A stretch of DNA of 64,000 nt from the NCBI RefSeq assembly GCF_009834535.1, contig NC_045696.1:120220001-120284000 (forward strand), given 5' to 3'. A program made the translations under genes and the position numbers. Position 1 is the stretch's first letter, and the number at the start of each line of letters is the position of its first letter. The notes below the pieces were generated by a model that was given only the letters and a program-made list of their open reading frames with translations, was not told where the DNA came from and ran no database searches. This document shows positions 62,611-64,000 of this stretch, in pieces. Source of the DNA: Camelus ferus (lineage: Eukaryota).

Positions 62611-62962
62611 AAAAAAAAAGAAAAGGAAAAAGACAAATGAACATAAATACAAAACAGAAACAGACTCATAGACATAGAATACAAACTTGTGGTTGCCGGG
62701 GGGGAGTGGAGTGGGAAGGGACAGACTGGAAGTTCGAAATTTGTAGATACTGACAGGTATATATAGAATAGAAAGACAAGATTATTCTGTATAGCACAGG
62801 GAAATACACACAAGATCTTGTGGTAGCTCACGGTGAAAAAGAATGTGACAATGAATGTATGTATGTTCATGTATAACTGAAAAATTGTGCTCTGCACTGG
62901 AAATTGACACAACATTGTAAATGACTATAACTCGATAAAATAAAATTAAAAAAATAAAAAAA
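62611..62962 (+). mobile_element. L1 3'UTR fragment
   Basis: cagactcatagacatagaatacaaacttgtgg...ggaaattgacacaacattgtaaatgactataactc followed by an A tail. Diverged TSD caaaatagtttctgaggg / caaaatagcttttggggg. Confidence 0.85.
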
Positions 62963-63474
62963 CAAAATAGCTTTTGGGGGAATAAAAAGAAACAGTAAAT
63001 TATTAAATAAACAATCTACTTACAAGTTATTAATCAGTTTAAGACTGAATGTGAAAAAATCTTCTAATTGAGGAAATATGGAATTAGATGAAAACTTTCC
63101 CAAAGTAAAAGAACATCTGGCAGGATCAAAAACCTCGTTATATTCCAGAAAACAAAAACAAAAATTACCATGATGTTATTGAGGACAATTGGTAAACTTC
63201 CAGGCAGAAAAATTAAAAATAAATTTGGCTAGCCATATGAATTATCTCCATAACATCAGATTCCAGAAGATAATAACTCAGAGGCAAAGAGCTAAGAGGG
63301 AAAACAAAAGGAATGAGACCCAAGGATTCTACAGTCACATTCTGTATATGCCTTGTGTTCTATTTCTATTAGCACTGATTTCGATTGCTCTAGGTGGCTA
63401 GTTGAAAAGGTATCAGAAAGAGATTCTCAGTTATGTCACACCTCAGTAGATATAACCTAATCTTTTACTAACTC

Positions 63475-63700
63475 AAGGTGTTTTCAGAAGACCAGCATCC
63501 TAATTTAAGGGATTGTTAAAAATGCAGAATCTCAGGGCCCACTCCAGAACTACTGAATCAGACCCTGCATTTAAAAAAGATGCTCTACACTGGAATTTGA
63601 CCCAAAACTGTAAAATGACTATAACTCAATTAAAAAATGTTAAAAAAATTAAAAAGATGCCCAGGTAATTCTTGTGCATATTAAAGCTTGAGAAATACTG
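63475..63700. mobile_element. MER5-family fossil interrupted by a ~65 bp L1 tail (63584-63650)
   Basis: gttaaaaatgcagaatctcagggccc...actgaatcaga...ccaggtaattct...ttgagaaatactg. The insert is flanked by aaaaagatgc at 63574-63583 and 63651-63660. Confidence 0.7.
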
Positions 63701-63702
63701 TC

Positions 63703-64000
63703 TTTTTTTTTTTTTTAACATTATTATTTTAGTTTAGTTTAGTTTTTATTCGAAGTGTAGTTGATTTACAATGTTAGTTTCAGGTGTACAGCAAAGCAAC
63801 TCAGTTTCTTTTCCATTATTGGTTGTTACAAGAAATTGAATGTAGTTCCCTGTGCTATGCAGTAGGTCCTTGTTGTTTATCTATTTTTATGTAGTAATGT
63901 GTATCTGTTAATATCAAACTTCTAATTTATCCCTCCCCCGCCCTTTCCCCTTTGGTAACCATAGTTTGTTTTCTATGTCCCTGAATCTACTTGTGGTTTA
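63703..64000 (-). mobile_element. L1 3' end, running off the window
   Basis: Poly-T followed by gaagtgtagttgatttacaatgttagtttcagg...; same tail type as the 4.1 kb copy. Confidence 0.85.

Overview
Mammalian genomic DNA, most likely from a camelid (alpaca, llama or camel), judged from the short tRNA-derived SINEs. The first 10 kb holds four + strand, in-frame, GT-AG-bounded 3' exons of a collagen VI alpha-4 (COL6A4)-type gene: a C1-C2 linker, the C2 VWA domain and two unique-domain exons. I could not find the expected terminal Kunitz-domain exon anywhere downstream. About 10-57 kb is intergenic and dense in L1, SINE, LTR and MER elements. A CpG island with a TATA-like box and a non-coding first exon at ~57.6 kb is probably the start of COL6A5 (synteny inference). 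The clearest unusual structure is a ~4.5 kb inversion between two inverted, near-identical young L1 copies (43.9-49.7 kb). It is supported by swapped target-site duplications, a 257-bp identical tract and a split older L1; one partner is also internally deleted. I see no evidence of a novel multi-gene system. Almost all ORFs in the supplied track are spurious or L1-derived. Repeat family names come from recognition by eye and repeat boundaries are approximate.
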